Shown piece by piece: positions 33,913-34,465 of a stretch of DNA of 34,465 bases (positions within the stretch are counted from its first letter, which is position 1; every line of letters begins with the position of its first letter). The DNA comes from Paramoeba atlantica (taxonomy: Eukaryota > Protista > Discosea): the NCBI GenBank assembly GCA_977017575.1, contig CDRNVI010000131.1, positions 1 to 34,465 on the forward strand. The letters run 5' to 3'. The translations under genes were made by a program, and so were the position numbers. The notes beneath the pieces are model-generated. The model was not told the DNA's origin, searched no databases, and saw only the letters and a list, made by a program, of their open reading frames with translations.

Positions 33913-34465
33913 ATGTTAGGGAAACAGGAAGAAGCTAATTATTCTGAAGTAGAAATAGAGGTTGATTGCTTTGTTTGTCCGATTTCATTTGAAGTGATGG
34001 TAGATCCTGTTATCACGCCATACGGAAAAAGCTATGAAAGGAGTAGTATCGAAGTTTGGTTAGAAAACCATAATACAGATCCATATACTAATCAGCCCTT
34101 GACTAATCATCAACTTGTGCCAAATATTGGATTAAGAGAAGCGATTGCAGTATGGAAAAAATTAGATGAAAAATGGCAAGAACATGCCAAACGGTATAAG
34201 ACAATAGAGCAAGAAAAGCAGACACAGCAACAAGAAATATTAAAATTGAAAGAACAACAACAGCAACAGGAAACAAAAATATCGGAAATTGAAGCAAAAC
34301 AAAAATTACAAGAAGAACAATTGGAACATGAAAAAGCACATAGTTCTATTGTTACAAAGAGAATACATGCACTTAGCCGCAAGAAAACAGAATCGCATAA
34401 AGAAGAGCCCTTGCTCGTTTGTTTTAGGTTTCATTTCCCTAAAGAATCTGTTGAAGTCGATGAGT
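33913..34465 (+). CDS. U-box domain protein with a downstream coiled coil (3'-partial); putative E3-ligase effector
   Basis: AAGGGAG Shine-Dalgarno; MLGKQEE...FVCPISFEVMVDPVITPYGKSYERSSIEVWLENHNTDPYTNQPLTNHQLVPNIGLREAIAVW, then a Q/E/K-rich helix; open to the window end, hence missing from the ORF track. Confidence 0.9.
   Translation, partial: MLGKQEEANYSEVEIEVDCFVCPISFEVMVDPVITPYGKSYERSSIEVWLENHNTDPYTNQPLTNHQLVPNIGLREAIAVWKKLDEKWQEHAKRYKTIEQEKQTQQQEILKLKEQQQQQETKISEIEAKQKLQEEQLEHEKAHSSIVTKRIHALSRKKTESHKEEPLLVCFRFHFPKESVEVDE

Noticed and set aside
33618-34382. Minus-strand ORFs 33618-33863, 34103-34339 and 34110-34382
   Set aside because: No motifs; the latter two are antisense to the U-box gene's CAA/GAA-rich coiled coil.

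Overview
The window has two unrelated halves that meet abruptly at about 23943-23946. (A) 1-~23943 is a very AT-rich, intron-free, gene-dense protist mitochondrial genome segment. All genes are on the + strand and use genetic code 4 (TGA=Trp, with a tRNA-Trp UCA present), so the supplied ORF track fragments them. Order: unidentified ORF, atp8, cob, putative atp4, nad3, atp6, nad4L, nad5, nad6, nad11, nad1, nad4, nad2, rps2, rps4, atp1, cox2, cox3, cox1, 13 tRNAs, atp9, 2 tRNAs, then rnl, which breaks off in domain IV. Eleven of the 15 tRNAs have mismatches in acceptor-stem pairs 1-3, the signature of Acanthamoeba-type 5' tRNA editing; an amoebozoan host is my inference. (B) ~23944-34465 is bacterial DNA: a minus-strand prophage tail/lysis module (RCC1-repeat tail protein, DUF1833, NlpC/P60, TipJ-like, DUF6127-like, 3TM holin), a 2707-bp IS66-family element with convergent tnpC and tnpA-tnpB, a DUF6362-like gene remnant, and a U-box/coiled-coil gene missed by the ORF track that resembles an effector of amoeba-infecting bacteria. 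Five mitochondrial genes carry single-base frameshifts in homopolymers, pointing to long-read error. The most economical reading is a chimeric join between an amoeba mitochondrion and a co-sequenced intracellular bacterium. A real insertion cannot be excluded without the reads. All translations and tRNA foldings were done by hand; family names come from motif recognition, not database searches.
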